From: Heptranchias perlo
Lineage: Eukaryota
Direction of reading: 5' to 3'
NCBI RefSeq assembly: GCF_035084215.1
Contig: NC_090354.1
Span: 15,624,001-15,688,000 of the forward strand
DNA: 64,000 nucleotides
Made by a program: the position numbers and the translations under genes. This document shows positions 1 to 14,410 of this stretch, one piece after another (within the stretch, counting starts at the first letter, position 1; every line of letters begins with the position of its first letter). Below the pieces are notes generated by a model that had not been told where the DNA came from, ran no database searches, and saw nothing but the letters and a program-made list of their open reading frames with translations.

Positions 1-1110
1 CTAGAAAACCAATGCCATAAACAGTCAGAAGTTTTCAAAAGATGATTTTGTGTGCAATGCAAAGATTAGCAAGCGGAAAACATCATTCCTATTCTGAATG
101 TAGGGCATCCACAAGAATCCAACTTGCAAAAAAATTAGGAAGCATAAGCACACGTTTCGGTACTTAAAATTCTGTTGAAACTTCAACTCCTCATGGAAAG
201 GTCCTTCTCCAAATTATAAAAAGGAACTAGACCTTTACAAAGAACTAACCATACTGTATTACAGCATCCTCTAATTTTTAGCAAACTTTACTCAAAATGA
301 CTGGATTGTGAACGATGACATTTGTATTAGCTGCTTAATGTATTAAATTCATATTTAAATCAATGAAATGAGCACTGTTGTACCACTCAGTAGACAATGT
401 TTTGATTTTAACTAATGCCAAAAGGTCATTTTGGGAGCAGGAAGTGAGGTGATGGAAAAAATTGTACACAGAGTACCTGATTTTGAAGTATAGAATAAAA
501 ATTACAGAATTGCTAACTGTACAAATATTGCAAGTTCATTCTTCTACTCAATACCAAGCTTAGCTCAGCATAGTATGTAATTTGAATCTATCAGCACTTT
601 CAGATTTGAGCTGCGATGGTTTTAAAATTTGAGTAACAAAGGACACATGAGCAATACCTTTCAAATAACTGAGAAAGGTTGAAGGTTGGGTGAGGACAGG
701 GTCACTGATTTTGCAAGAGCATTACATGTACAATTTTGTCAATTTCCATCCGGTGCTAAATTTCACACTTAATATTTGTTTGTCTCAAGATGTTTTGAAC
801 ATTACCATTATGCCATAGAAAATTGTTTTTTTTTTAAAAAAGCCACCCTTTTTGTTAAAACAATCTCATGAAGGGAAAATGAAAAATAGAAAATAAAGAA
901 CACTGGTTACAAATTTCTTCTTACTCTCTTTAATTTCATTTTTTCAATCAAAATAAGACAATAACAGACTCAGCTTTAAAATGTTTTTTAAATTCCTCCA
1001 ATTTATATTATAGTGTTGTGCTGACAGGGACTGCGAATAAAAATATACATTATCATAGATTCTTCACCAGCCTATAAAAAGGACTTTTTAAATGACTGTT
1101 ACTGTCTAAT

Positions 1111-1116
1111 TTTATT
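1111..1116 (-). terminator. Candidate LSM12 polyadenylation signal
   Basis: AATAAA on the minus strand about 770 nt downstream of the stop in an AU-rich UTR. Motif only; the UTR may extend further. Confidence 0.35.
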
Positions 1117-1882
1117 ATGCAAAGACCAGGCGACAACCTTTTTCTTCCAATTTAATGAAGTGTACAGTACATGACACATGCAAAACTGCATGAACAGTTA
1201 TATCCTTTAAAACGGCCACACTCTTCGTAAGCACTGTCTTAGCAAGACAAACCGATTCTGTACACAGTCAGAGGATATAAGCTAATGAGCCAAATCTTCC
1301 ATCATCAGATACTTAATTCTTCACTGGAAGACTTTTCTGTGATGTTTTAAAAAACTGGACTTATTCCTTCTGGGAATAAGTTTCTGGAAAAAAAAGGACT
1401 CAAAAGGAAATCTCTCCTAAATGGGACAACCACTTAACATGTAAAATTACCTTCTTGCTTTGCTTTTTTTCCTCCTTTGAACACTATTACTACAATCTGC
1501 TGGTTTGTTACTCTAACTTACAAATGTTTGGAAAGTTGTGTGTGTTGTGCAGGTCACAGACAGCAGTTTAGGATCTACCTAAAAAGAGTGTAATGGACAA
1601 AATGAAAAAGCAAATGAACATGTAAAAAATAAAATTAACAAAATATCGGACCTTTTCTTTTTAAAAAGCAAACAAAGGAAAAAGGTAATTTATAGTTAGT
1701 CAAGTTACAATAAGTGTTGTCTTTTATGTTTTTTTTTGTAAAGTCTATTCTCTTCTGGAAGTGGAAATGTCAGCTCACTGTAGATTCTCCCTGGAAAACA
1801 TGTGGACTACCCCCTCCCCATCCCCATCCCAGGAAAAAAAATTCCCCCCCATCAAGCTCTGCAAAGGACCTATCCAAGCCAC

Positions 1883-1978
1883 TCAGGACGACAAGGCAGT
1901 TTCCTTCTGTGTTTGCTGTGCTTGTGAACGTTGTTGCATTAACTTCTGATTTTCCAAATCTCTAAAATGTTTCTCGAC
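1883..1978 (-). CDS. LSM12: LSM12 coding exon 5 (terminal)
   Basis: Encodes VEKHFRDLENQKLMQQRSQAQQTQKETALSS*. Pyrimidine tract cctttcttttag|GTC; TGA stop at 1885-1883. Confidence 0.95.
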   Translation of the reverse strand, partial: VEKHFRDLENQKLMQQRSQAQQTQKETALSS

Positions 1979-3659
1979 CTAAAAGAAAGGAAGAGAGATG
2001 AATAAAACCAAAAAAACAAGCAAAATACAACTGTAATTTTTTACCATTCAATAGTTAAGTCCAGCAACAGACCGATAAAGGCATTTTGCAGGGCAAGTTT
2101 TTTTTTAAAGTTCATAGTAATGTTGAGTCAAACATGGCTCCAAGAATTATTACAAGCCTATCTGTGCAATTTGTCTTGAACAAAAATACTCAGGTAAACC
2201 CTATTATAAATGAGAAAATTGCATGCTCCCTAATGAGTATATCAATAAACACATAATGCGATACAGTACTGAGCCCTTCACAGCAGATGGATCCAGGTTT
2301 AATTTTGGTGGACGCACGAAAGACCTCAACATCCTAGCCAACAGGAGAGGGCAGTGGAGTTCAATGTTTTTGCTCCCAATTGTGTCACTACAAATGCAGA
2401 GAGGAATGGGCTCAGCTGCAATGAGCCCTAGAATCAAATAGCTTACCAACCCTCAAGAGGACTGACAAATGTGTGAAACTGTATCCCAGCAAAAATCTCT
2501 GGCTTCAGAAAAGGGTAAGTAGTGGACAGCTGTTCACTTCACTGACTAGTTATCTGGATTAAGCAGATTTGATTGTACAGAATTGACGTTTACAATATAC
2601 TGTCCATGGTTTGGCCTCATGTTGCTAGTTGAAGTCTGCAGTCCTTTTTTCTGCACACTTGTCCAAACTACTCATATATCCAGGTGGAGAATTCTGTGTC
2701 ATAGGGAATCACGTTGATGAGCATTCTCTCCAGCCGTGGATCCTGATTAGAATCCAGGAGAATTGAGTACATTCTGGTACTTAATCTTTCTGACTTGGAT
2801 ACCTACTGATCTCATTGAGTATACCAATGTGCAGGATTCCCTAAAGAGCTGCTTGCTGGTATCAGCTGGACTGCTCACTGAAAAGAGGTAGGGTGAAGAA
2901 AAAGATTAAAAACTACAAATAATTCCTACAGGGCAGAATGTTTGACTATTTAGCTTTACCTTTTTTTATTTGGCAGAGGGGAGGGGGAGAAAAAGAGAAG
3001 AGAAAAAAATACTTCATATTAATCCTCCTAAATTATGAGTCATCAGGATTACTTAAAAGTACACATAGGTAAAGTCTTGATCTCTAAGCCATACAAATCA
3101 AGAACTTAACTGACCTCAACCAGGGAAGCAATAAGATGCTACAATTGGCTTCACTCCCCCTGGGTTAGGATGGGAACAAATTGACCAAGAGAAAAAAACC
3201 TAGCCGGTGTTCCTTATCGCACTACATGAACCTCTACTAAAAGTTATAAGTATGTCAATGCCAGGTGAGAGGACAGGATTGAGCTTGGCTGTGATGTCCT
3301 TTACAAATTGAATAGCTTGCTAGGATTCACAGTCAAGGATAATGTGAATAATAGCCACTTGGGCAAGGAACCAACTGTGAAACTATACCCTAATTGAGGG
3401 GGAGGGGGGAAAAAAAAGAGTAAAAATTGGCTGAGAAAGACTGGAGGAAAAAACGTGGTATTAAAAAACTAGATATTTAAACATCAACAGTTTTATCTAA
3501 AAAAGTCAATACTTATAGTCTCAATTTTACTTTTTGATAATCATTGCAGTTATATGGAATTGAGTAGAAGACTAAAGTCTTAAACCCCTATCCTAATCTG
3601 GCACCAGGTAGAAAGACTGTTTTATGGTCCCACATTTAGATGTCAACTCAATATCTCAG

Positions 3660-3765
3660 GCTTTTCCAGGGATATGGAACAACAGCGGGTAAATGGAGTT
3701 GAGGTACAGATCAGCCACGATCTAATTAAATGGTGGCACAGGATAAAGGGGCTGAAAGGAATGTT
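3660..3765 (+). mobile_element. CR1 LINE 3' end fragment
   Basis: gggatatgg...gttgaggtacagatcagccacgatc matches the tail of the longer CR1 copies near 41780-41860 and 60780-60890. Confidence 0.65.
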
Positions 3766-5053
3766 ACTATACAAACCACAATCACAAGATTGTTCAGGAC
3801 TGAAAATCCAAGGTTTGTGTAGCTGCCAAGTTCTGCAATTCTGAAAGGCCCTTTTATTTTACACAAGCATAATGTGCATTAATAGTTACCCAGAATAAAG
3901 CAATACCTCAATTTGAAATTTATTCTTCAGATTCAGTGTCTATAAAATTACAGCAAGCATTTTTATTTAAATTACATCTTGTATATTTACTGCAAAGTGA
4001 AAATATGGAGATCGTGCTCTGACTTTAAACTGGAATTTGAAGCAAGTTTTATTCAATAACACAAAATTGAAATAAAATGCAGGCAACAAGATTATATCAC
4101 TTGAATAATTTTTCAAATATATTGTACTAACAAAGCCACGCCCAAGTGTACAAGCAGAGTTACACCAAGACTACTCTTGTACAAAATCAAAGTAAATAGG
4201 CACCGTACACAGTAGAGAAGGGACCCGCAGAGATTGAACTGGCATGCTCCTAAATCAACACTTGTGTGACAGTGAGCCAGAGAGTGCCTTGAATGCATTT
4301 GAAATATATTAAATGTATAACATTTGTTAAATGTATTGTTTCCCAAACACAGAAGAACCATGATACAAAGTCATGCTTCTGAAGTCAGATAAGGAAGAAA
4401 TTTTTCTTCTCCCTCCACCCCTCTCCCCCCTCATAAAATACATCCAACTGTAGGAGAGATTAAGCTCGCCTTCAATGCCTCCTGGAAAGAAAATTCCAAT
4501 AACCAGCAGACAAACTTCAGGCAACCATTTCCTTTTGGAGCTTTAAGTCAGTTTTGTACAAAAACAAACTGATCTGACATAAATCATGGGCTTTTCAGTT
4601 TTATTCTGGAATTTGGATAGTGTTTCAGCCAAAATGAATATTAAGCTTTTACCTTAAAAAGAAAACACCCGGTTTCAAACAACTTAATGCAGGCAGCACT
4701 GTGTCAGTATTACAAGCAACATTCTTATTGTTTTATTTGTCTACATATTAAAAACCTAGTCTCAAACTAAATGCTTTGTAGAAAATTAGTTTTGCATTAC
4801 CAGATGTTTTACTATTGATTACGCCAAATGGAGTAACTGGATATGTCAACATAAAAGACCTTTTCTCATAAGACAGACAGGTTTTGGTAGTGATTAAATA
4901 GAACAGTATTCATTACGTAAATCATTCTACATTTCCCAAAAGAAAAAAAATTGTACAAAGAAGCCATCAAATTTTTCACAAATTTCAGCCAATGACAAAT
5001 CACAAAAAGTTGCCAACAATCTCTCTAATGCAGCTAACAGCTGCTGCTATCAC

Positions 5054-5402
5054 AGGAACAGAAGTTCAGCCCCGTGAACATATTCGGCCAGTCAGATCAT
5101 GGCTGATTTGTACCTCAACTCAATATACCCGTCTTTGCGTCATATCCCTTGATACCCTTATCCAACAAAAATCTATCGATCTGTCTTGAAAATTTCAATT
5201 GATCCAGTATCTACAGTCTCTTGGGGGAAGAGATCCACTACCCTCTGTGTGAAAAAGTGCTTCCTGATCACTCCTAAACAGCCTAACACATATTGCCCCC
5301 TTGTTCTGGATTCCCCCACCTGAAGAAATTTGTTTCTCTGCATCTACTCCATCAAATCCCTTCATAATTTTAAACACCTCAAATAGATCACCCTCAATCT
5401 TC
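5054..5402 (-). mobile_element. CR1 LINE 3' fragment
   Basis: Minus-strand ORF2 C-terminus (FKIMKGFDGVDAEK...) followed by CR1 3'UTR. Confidence 0.85.
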
Positions 5403-5479
5403 CAGTATCCTAAAAACAGTTCATTATTTCATCTATAGGAAAAAATGAATTTCAAAGTGAATACTTTCCACTTGATTAC

Positions 5480-6770
5480 AGTAGTTGAAAGAAAGGATTT
5501 CAATGAGAGTGATCAGGCAGTGGAAACACTATGGGTACAACTAAGCAACAACAATGGAATCAAGACTCTGGTGAAACCTGCCTACAGACCACCTGACAGT
5601 AGTGATGTAATGGGAGGATATATAAATATGGAGATCAGGGAAGCATATAGCAGGAACAATGGTTATAATGGAAGATTTTAATTTTCACAGACTGGGAGAA
5701 GCAGAACAGCTCAGGTAGTAAAGACAACAAATTTCTAGAATGTGTTCGGATCAGTTTTCTGGAACAATATGTTTTAGATCCAACAAGTGAACAGGTCGTA
5801 GTAAATTTAGTGATGAGTGACGAACCAGAATTAGTTAACATCTTGCGAATAGTGACCATGATATGATTGAATTTGTTTTTAGCTTTGAGAGGAAGAAGGC
5901 AGAGCCATAAACCAAGGTTTTAAATTTAACTAAGGCAAACTTCAAAGGGATGAGAAATAAATTGACCACAGTAAATTGGGCTTAACTGTTAATGGATAAA
6001 CCGACAAACTGAGAATTATTCAGTAGTGTTTAGTACAATATAAAACCAATACAAGCCCCTACAAGGCAAAAGTCCCATTTGCACAGTTAAGTAACTATGG
6101 TGCAGAAATGAGGTAAGGGACAGTATCAATCTAAAAGAAAAGGTTTACACAAATGCAAGGAAAAGTGGAAATCCAGTGGATGGAGAACTATAAAAAGAAT
6201 AAAGGGATACAAAGAAAGTAATGAGAGGTGAAAAGAGGGAATATAGAAAATAATTGCAAGGAATATCAAAGCTAACGGTAAAAATTTTTATAAATATATT
6301 GAGAAAGAAAGTAGTAAAGGGGAATGTGGGCCCATTAAGGACAGATGCAGGTGATGCTATAATAGACAATCAGGAAATGGCAGACTTATTAAGTGAAATA
6401 CTTCGTATCTGTTTTCAGTGCAGCAAGAGGACACAATACCAGTGGTACAAGGGAACCTAAAAATAAGTCAAAGGGAGTAACTAATTGGATTTAATATAAC
6501 TTTTCTAAAAAATCATAATGGCGAAAATAATGGGACTTGAGATAGACAAATCTCCAGGACATGATTTCTTTTGGGGTGGAAACAAAGAAATAGAGGAGGA
6601 AATTGCAGCTGCGCTAGTCATAATCTTTCAAAACTCTCTAGATTTGGAATTGTGCCTTTTGGATTGGATAATTGCAAATATATTATTTAAGAAGGGAGGG
6701 AGGGAGGGAGAAATCAGGAAATTACAGACCTAACAGTTTAACATCAGTTGTGGGGAAGTTACTGGAAAAT
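5480..6770 (+). mobile_element. Decayed CR1 ORF2 (endonuclease/linker/RT start)
   Basis: Fragments VETLWVQL...YRPPDS, NVGPLRTDAG...NQEMADLL and DKSPG...IFQNSLD, with many stops and frameshifts. Confidence 0.88.
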
Positions 6771-9700
6771 TGTTCTTTGTTGCCAGAAAAATAACCAAGC
6801 CAATGGAGGACAGTTCTGATTGGCAACTTACTTTATCACAAATGGGATTCTTGCATATTTGTACAAGTTATGTTTAATTTATCTGGTACATTTGAAAACA
6901 GCACATTATTGTTAAACAAAGGTTCATTTAGAACACAAAAACAGCATATTTTCTGGTATTTAGTCAAATATTACAGTAATATCACTTTGGTCCAAGCCCT
7001 TGAGCATGTCAATTTGTTTAGCTGTGTGGTATGTACAAAATTCAGATTAGTTTCTGCACAACTCCTTTTCCTTCTGCACTTACTTCGTATGTTTTAAATA
7101 ATTTGAATATACAGGCATATGATTTAAGGTAACAACTCTGGGTTCAGAGGATATCCATAAAATAGCTTTAACATCACTCACTTGGTTTAGGAAATCAAAC
7201 CAGAACTGCTTACTGTGTTATTATCCTATAGCACACATTAGCATCTACTATTCCAAGTACGAATGGTAATTTTTATTTAGTTTCAAGCTTATTTTGCACT
7301 AGTTCTTTGCTTCAGAAACAGTTACACAATTATTTCTGGTAAAGTTATACCAGCTTATTAGAATCAGAGTTTTGCAGCACAGGATGTGGCCGTTCGGCCC
7401 GTGTGCCTGTGCCAGCTCTACTCTGCAACTGATTATACTAGCTTCATCCAAGCACAGGCCAAGATACACATAAAAAGGAAAATTGTCTTCATGAAAAGTG
7501 ACTGATTCACAAAAGTGTTTGGAATCACAAAAAACAATGCCAAAATCATCAACTCATGACACCACTGGAATGGAAGTAATACATGACTTCCCCCCACCCC
7601 CAAAAAAAATGTTAACACCTTTTCCCAAGAAAACAGTGACTCTTAAGCATCAGCATAAAGGGGTAGGGGAAAGAGAAGAGAAGCTAACTACACTGAATGG
7701 ATGAATAGCATCCAGTGGTCAATATCAAATGGTTTTAAAACTTGTATAATTTGTTGCTAAATTGATTTAGATAGGATGTGTGCCTCTTACAATAAGACAA
7801 ACACATGTAGCTATACTGAAGAAAACTTTCAGGCTAACATTTAACACTGCAATATCTAGCTTTTAGTACTAGTTATTTCATCTACATGGGAAAAACATGT
7901 AGATAGTTCTTTTATAGCAGCCATTACTTGCTTGGAGAGACAAGCAGCCTCATCATCAGCAGATGATCCTATGAGGCTGAAATGCAAAACTAGTAGCTCA
8001 GTGCTTTAAATATATTTCTTTATTTTAATTTTTTTTTTACAGCAACAAAGTGTATGGTGCTCATTGCACAAAAAAACTTTAATCACAAATTTAAAAAACA
8101 GCAGCCCCATTTCTCCCCAATGTACTTTAATCAACAGCAGGTAGCCTACTGACATTACCTGACAAAAGGCTGTTAACGGTCTCTCCTAAGCAGTTAATGG
8201 CTGCTATCAGGCAAGTGGAAACCTCCACTTTGAAACTTGTTTTTACTGTATAGCTGAAATGATAGAAAATAATTAGTGCTTGGAATAGATATGAAGTGTT
8301 CTGTTTATACCACGTTTTATGTCTGTGACCGCAAAAATATTTACACATGCATGCTGACTTTTGAAATGTTTACATTTTAACAATGGATGATAGAAACTGA
8401 ATGCCTTGAGGCTAGAAATATGTCCACTAGAATTTAGTCAACTGTCATTTACAGATTATTTAAAGTTATCCTATCAGTTCCATTTGTGGAGACATTAATA
8501 TCTCAATTATTGGTTGCAGTAAAAAAAAATGAAGTTGGTTAGAACTTGGGAGGTTTCCTTTCATAAAGTCTCAAGAAACTAATAAACCCAATTTAGTAAT
8601 TTGCTGAGTTTTATAGTGATAATCGATCGTCATCTACCAAATGTGTTCTTTGGTAGACAGAGTGCTGAATGGACAGCGTCAAATCATCAAATGTACAACA
8701 GGGAAAGGTTAGTAAAAATCACCATGAAAATTCCATTCCTTCACAAGGGACGTGATGGCCTTAAAATTGTCACTCATTTGTTTGAAAAATATTTCTTGAC
8801 CCCCTTCTGCTCTGAGCAGGCTATCCATAACCCAAACAAATCCAAAGAGGTGGGTGGAGATTGACTGTTTTTGGATTTTAATGAAATTGCATCTGTATGA
8901 ACAGTATATGTGATTACATTTCAGTATGAAGCTCATATTAGATGACAACCAATTAAAACATATTAAGTATGCACCAGACTTAATTACCTGACAAAATTGC
9001 CAGTCCAAATATTGAGTGGGATTTTGAATGCGTTACTTGTATTCCACAACACTATCAGCCATGGCAATATCAAGTGTTAATGGCTAGATTTTATTCAAAC
9101 TAAGTATTTTGTTTGTCCATACTTATAACAGTATGGAGGCCAAGATTTACTTACAAAAGGCAGCTTATCTCAAAAGTAACAGAACCTTCTTATTTGTCAG
9201 ACTTAACAGTACTTCATCATTTAAGATTCAAATCATTATAGTGTACCTACTGACTGTCATGTACATATTGCTTCCAAATTTAGAATTTACATCTTGGGAT
9301 TCTATAAAATACAATCCAAAAATACCTACACTAATGAATAGATCTTGGGGGGAAAATTAAACCAATTTTCTAATATCAAAATTAGGGAAATATTCATGGA
9401 GATTACATAAAATACTAGTTGTACCTGGTAATGGTTCTATAGAATGGATATTGCATTGCAAAAGGTGCAAGCAACATCAAAGCCCAGCTTGGGAAACAAA
9501 GGTACTTACAGTCTTAAATACAATTAAATTGCAGGATATATAAAATCAAAATGCAAAGTAACATTTATTCTTGTGTGATTTTTGTTGAATGTTTAATCTG
9601 TATTTTGTATAATGATGGGGCCATCAACATAAAGGAACAACTTGCTAAATACAGGTCTAGCAGCGACCACTACGTGACAAATTGGAAATTCTACTAGTTT

Positions 9701-10988
9701 TTTTTTCCTAAATCGGTAATTTCAATAGCTAATCAATTTTAGCAGGTTGCCCTCTAACAATATTCATAGGTCATTTTATTAGCCATCCACCACATGCAAC
9801 ACAATTCAGATCTTTACAAGTATACAATAAATGTTAAAATGCATGCACCTTTACAAATTCCAGATCATATTTAAAATGTTTTGGTATATCTCCAAAATAT
9901 ACATTTACAAAATTAAATTAAAAGGTATTTATGGAATTCACCTGCACATTAAAGTAGTCATACATATGGAGAACTGGATTGAGGGATAAAGCAAATTCTG
10001 AATTCCTTTCTGTAGGATCTTTGTGAAAAGCATTTTCTTTCCTTTCTCTAACTGTCTCCCTGAACCATGCACCAATGCTGATTCAGGACAAGGAGCTGGG
10101 TCACCTGATTCCCTCATGGCTCCACAAATGCCATTCAAGCTACAAGTTACACAAACAAACACTGTCTACTGCAAAGATGAGGTGCTGAGCCATCAGGAGC
10201 TCAGCAGGTTTGGAAGACATGGATGAATTATGAGAAATGCTACGATCCACCGCTCAGCGGTGCAGTTGCTTGAAGCTCTAGCCTACAGCCTCCTTGGGCC
10301 AGATATAAATTAAGCCACAAGAGCTGAAGACCATGCCATCATGTGAGGACACACAATGTCAGAATAACCCACATTAAAAATGAATCTGTAACAACCAAAT
10401 ATATTCAGGCATATATCTTACATTTAAGGGAAGGTTAATAGTTTCCAACATAAAGTGAACATATGTACTTACGTACACAGCAATTTGAGAAAAAAAACTT
10501 CTCTTAAAAGATGCAATTCTACACAATGGCTCAAAAGAGAACTTTAATGTAGAGGTGAAATATAAAGAATGATGCACACTCACCCAAACAGAAGGTTTCT
10601 TCAACCATCTTTTTGGAAGAGTAAGCATGCTAAAGTTACAAAAGGATTCCCATACAGTTCACCCACTCTATTGACAATGCAACAGACTTATGAATCTTCA
10701 CTTGAGAATTTGTAAAGATTGGAAAGAGATACAGGCATATAACTATAATTTTCCACACCACAGGTTCCTGACCTCAAGCAGGCCATTGAGGGTGGTGGGG
10801 GTGGGGGAAGGAGGAGGGAGGGAGAAGCAGGCTGTAGTGAGGCACTTCTCCACAAAAAGGGGAGAAATGGGCAAGTCAAGCTGGGGCATTCCATTTGTTC
10901 AGCCCAAAAACAGGTCAGCTGCCTATCCTCTCTGCCAAGGAATGTATTGTGGGGGAAAGCCCTAAATAGGGAGAGAGGAAATGTTCTA

Positions 10989-11192
<204 letters not shown>

Positions 11193-11759
11193 CTAATTAC
11201 AAATTTCCAATCCATTAAGCCATACTAAAATTATTGAAACTTTAGTTTATCATAATCCTTGTGTTGGAACTTAAGCGTTTAGTACTGAAAACTCTGTTGT
11301 AATGTCAGGAAAAGCATATTAGCATTTACACTCATGTTTGTCCACATATCAAGTTAACAAGCTTGGTCATGGTACAGAGGCACTGACTGGGAGGGCAGAC
11401 ATTTCCCCAAAGGGGAAGGAAAGTTGCCAGAGCCTCAGACACTGATGCAGAGACCGTAAAAGAATTTTTTTTAAAAAAAAAGTTTGGGGAAAGAAACCAG
11501 CAACTGTGATAGATTAGTCAACAGTTTTATTAGAGTGACTTTGCTCTCGTCCATTCTTCCCTACTCTCTTCAAAGCAGTCACTAACTATATGGTTATGAT
11601 TCTACATGTACCAATCGCCCTGTACTATCTTTCCCAAGTGGCCATTATCCATGCGAGATCCTAGACAGGTGGTCGTCGGTTATTAGTTGCTTTTTTTTAA
11701 AAACGCGGTATTGATTTTTTTCCAAACCAAGTCTAAACTAATGCCCATGTAGGAAGGAG

Positions 11760-12090
11760 GGAGTGACTTTGCAGCCAGTGAATTACTTTTGAAGTGTAGT
11801 TGCTGTTGTGTTGGCAAACGCAGCAGGCAATTTGCACACTGCAAGCTCCACAAACAATGACAAGAGTCATGGAATTGACCAGTTAATCTGCTCTGGCAGT
11901 GTTCGTTGAGGGAGGAACGTTGGCCAGGACACTGGGAGAGTTCCACTGGTTTACTTTGAATAGTTAACACCTATTAACATCCACCTGAACAGGCAGACAG
12001 GTCCGAAAGAGGGCAACTTTGACGATGAAGCATTCCCTCAGTGCTGCACTGAAGTGGCAACCTAGATTGTGTTCAAATCCTGGAGTGTGT
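11760..12090 (-). mobile_element. Deu-domain tRNA-derived SINE, decayed
   Basis: Reverse complement of the element at 17306 (cattccctcagtgctgcactg; cagccagtgaattacttttgaagtgtag). Confidence 0.75.
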
Positions 12091-14257
12091 GATAGCAACC
12101 TAGGATGATTTCTGCATTGATCCTTTTCATTCTCAGCCCTCCCTCCTCCCCATTTTACCTCTGGGTGGAATGATGAGTGTGGGCTAAAAAGCAACTCAGA
12201 GCCTGGTTCAATCATCACATACATGCAGCGGTTATTGGACAGTGATAAAGAGTCGGACCCCTGGCTAATTCTCTCTCCCCTTCCCCCAGGAAAAATTAGG
12301 CTAACCATGCCTACTGAATCAGCTAACAACACAAACCTGTGTTCAAATCTGAAAGCTTCCTGGTCTATATGGTTCAATATCACACCATGTGATCTTTTTC
12401 AGCTTTTTTTTTTAAATTGAGGTACAATGGCACACTTGAAGTAACAATGTGTATCACTACAAGATTCAAGACCACAGTTCGATTCCCCAGGCAAATTTGA
12501 TTATGAAGAGCTGAGTAGCAGCTGGTCGGTGTGGTGGTGGGTGGGGGGGAAGGGGAGGGGGGGGAAGGAAATCAATGCAGCAGTCGTTACAAACTACTAT
12601 CACATTTTTGTGCAGGACAGATCTAAAACATTGGAATTCATCTAGGGTTGAAGGAGAAAATAAGAAGCTTTAAAAAAATTGTTGGCTGGGTGCAGACAGA
12701 AACGTAGGTCATCAAGCTTCTCTTTCACCTTAACCACTGAATTAAATGGTAGTGTTCAACAAGTGAAGAGCATTTTCAACTTTAAAATGTGGAAAAGTGC
12801 TTAAGTAATTCCAAGTTTTTTTTCCCCCTAGAACATTTGTTTCAAATAGAATTTTAGAAATCCACAGAGTTCCTTTAAAATGCAATGACCCCAAATTATT
12901 TTCATGGGGAAAAAAAATGAAATTTTGCTGCAGTAGTTGTTGTCAGTTTTACACAGGATTATATAGTCGGGAGGGGGGACAAAAACAACTATGATTAGAT
13001 GGATAGGGGATAAAGAGTATTGGAATGGCACATTTCAGTATTTAGCTCCAAAACAGTAAAATTATGCCAATTCTAATCACAGCAATCACTGCGCAAGAGA
13101 TTAAACTTAATTTGCTTTTTAACAGTTTTAAATTGCATTTTGAGTGCAAGGTTCTCTCCACTTAAGTTTATCCAGCAAGTAGCTCAGCCATACAGACCAG
13201 GAATAATTGCCACTTTAGAGCTACAATTAGCATCAGTATCCCACGGTTCTGATGGAGGGGTGAAAAAAGGAAATGGCCAAAATTCTGATCCCAATTGCTA
13301 TCCAGCAACCCCTGCCTGGCATACACATGTAGACGTCACCCAAGGGCAGCATCAGGATTAGGTTCGAGCTGGGCTGCTATGAACCCGACTGTCAAGTCTC
13401 TCGCATGAATACTCACTTGGGCAAGGTACCCAGAGGGAAACTGTGGACCTGTACCCCAAAGACTCTACATCTTCAAAAAGGTAATTGGGGTTGGGGGGAA
13501 AAAAGTGAAAGGGAAAAAAAAAAAAGACAACAAAATGACTAGATATTCCTTAAAAAAATATTGAGATTCATTCTGGATAAAAGCACATTCTTGCATCCTA
13601 CTGGGGAGAAGAAAGCTGGTATTACTGCAGCATCAGCGGATGACACTTTTTTTTTTACCAGTGCCAATCATGCATCCTGATTACTTTTCACCCAAATCAC
13701 AACCCCTCATGTTAGCAGGGTTTAAAAAAAACTATTTTATGAATGTTTGCAACAAATGGCAGATATCTAGCAATATAATTTAATTCAGATTCTACTGATA
13801 TCCATAAAATCCAGGTGCTTTTTTTTATTATTTAAGACTTCAGAATCACACAAAGGAACTACTTCCTCGACTCTTATTAAAATTATGCACATACTTATAC
13901 AAACTATATAACAGCAGTTAACAAGCAATTCAACAGGCTATTGATGGCTACACTTTCACATCTTCTCCATGTAAATATTAAACAACTGATTTAGAGAATC
14001 AATGGTAACCATAATTTTACACCACAGTGCATGGAAATGGTTTTATATCCATACTGGTCTTCACAGGACAATCACAAAACAATATTGCTGGAGTTGTTAA
14101 GCAGACTCTGAAGTCCCCATGTTTTTAAATTAAATCAACTGTCATCTCAGATATTACTACCTCATCTATTCCCTGTTTTAACAGAAGTAGCCATCTACTT
14201 TTGAAGAAGTTGTCTGATGAAGGAAGGCGTTGAGAAGAAAAAAAAATACTGAACTTA

Positions 14258-14410
<153 letters not shown>

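Noticed and set aside
9938-10330. Possible extra LSM12 exon or nested gene (donor-like CAG|gtgaat near 9940)
   Set aside because: LSM12 is complete without it, no convincing acceptor was found, and the translations are unrecognisable.
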